A stretch of 64,000 nucleotides of DNA. Origin: Sedimentisphaerales bacterium (GTDB lineage: Bacteria > Planctomycetota > Phycisphaerae > Sedimentisphaerales > SM23-30). The position numbers and the translations under genes were made by a program. Below the pieces are notes generated by a model. The model was not told the DNA's origin. It was given only the letters and a program-made list of their open reading frames with translations, and ran no database searches. Below, one piece after another: positions 63,505 to 64,000 of this stretch (positions are counted from its first letter, which is position 1; each line of letters starts with the position of its first letter). The DNA is taken from positions 1 to 64,000 of the forward strand of contig CAXXMR010000025.1 of the NCBI GenBank assembly GCA_963663805.2, read 5' to 3'.

Positions 63505-64000
63505 TCAGAACGTGTCCGCGATCGTCAGCCAATTTCTGGCCAATATCGCGTAATCAGACAATGTGACCTTGCAATCATCGTCCATATCAGCCAAAACATC
63601 CTTATCGCAATATTTGCCGGTATCGACTCTGATAGAATCAATATCAATCACCCCGCTGCCGTGGGGGTCCGTCGCCGGCGACCAGCAGCCAATTACGACC
63701 GCCTGCACATCATCCAGCATACTCTTGTCGCCAACATTGAAGTTGTTCATATCAACCACCCACTCACTCCAGCCGGTGGGACTGTAGGTCGAGCCGTCAA
63801 CCCGATAAATATACGATTCAGCTTTAATTGCCGACACATCGACGCCGCCGTTGAGGAACTTCATGTAAAGCAGCAGCTCTTCACTGTTGCCCGCGTGACG
63901 GTTAATCATCAGCTTCACAGCATCTACACCGCGCATATCCTGACCAGTGGTGAAAGTCAGTATAATGTCAGTGAAGTCCAAATTACCGAACAAGTCCTCG
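63505..64000 (-). CDS. 3' end of a secreted protein with dockerin-like tail (5' end outside window)
   Basis: WSEWVVDM..F..GVIDIDSIRV module similar to the 44590 protein; ADMDDDCKVTLSDYAILARNWL. Confidence 0.75.
   Translation of the reverse strand, partial: EDLFGNLDFTDIILTFTTGQDMRGVDAVKLMINRHAGNSEELLLYMKFLNGGVDVSAIKAESYIYRVDGSTYSPTGWSEWVVDMNNFNVGDKSMLDDVQAVVIGCWSPATDPHGSGVIDIDSIRVDTGKYCDKDVLADMDDDCKVTLSDYAILARNWLTIADTF

Overview
The window looks like Planctomycetota, most like Phycisphaerae/Sedimentisphaerales. This is inferred from the PEP-CTERM proteins, prepilin-type H-X9-DG proteins, dockerin-like C-termini and short UvrC. Many single-base indels, densest at about 30-40 kb, are probably long-read errors. 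Left to right it holds: a CapD-like epimerase 3' end; a repeat-bracketed SAM methyltransferase with a uORF/hairpin attenuator-like leader; a frameshifted PilZ-cNMP gene missed by the ORF track; and a short SecA paralog. Next is a 14-kb operon with a Rex box, encoding electron-bifurcating-type [FeFe]-hydrogenase HydCBA, a sensory hydrogenase-histidine kinase fusion, two receiver proteins and hydE-hydG-aspA-hydF. Housekeeping genes follow: queE, hisG, rbfA, infB, nusA, an MsmX-like ATPase, tRNA-Lys, tadA, kdsD, kdsC, uvrC, purE, mtnA and tRNA-Arg, plus an IS200. From tRNA-Arg onward lies an island with an integrase remnant and a glycan-utilisation locus (GH38, SSS transporter, two GxGYxYP-like proteins, two prepilin-type proteins, GntR/LacI regulator, mini-IS66). 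The main non-annotated signals are three. (i) A co-oriented family of at least 12 heptamer+AACGGC-hairpin repeats; near-identical pairs bracket two self-contained accessory genes, and the repeat distribution tracks local G/T strand skew. (ii) A KKAD-type leader peptide upstream of the methyltransferase. (iii) A putative H2-sensing phosphorelay inside the hydrogenase operon. All family assignments come from motif recognition by eye; no database search was run.
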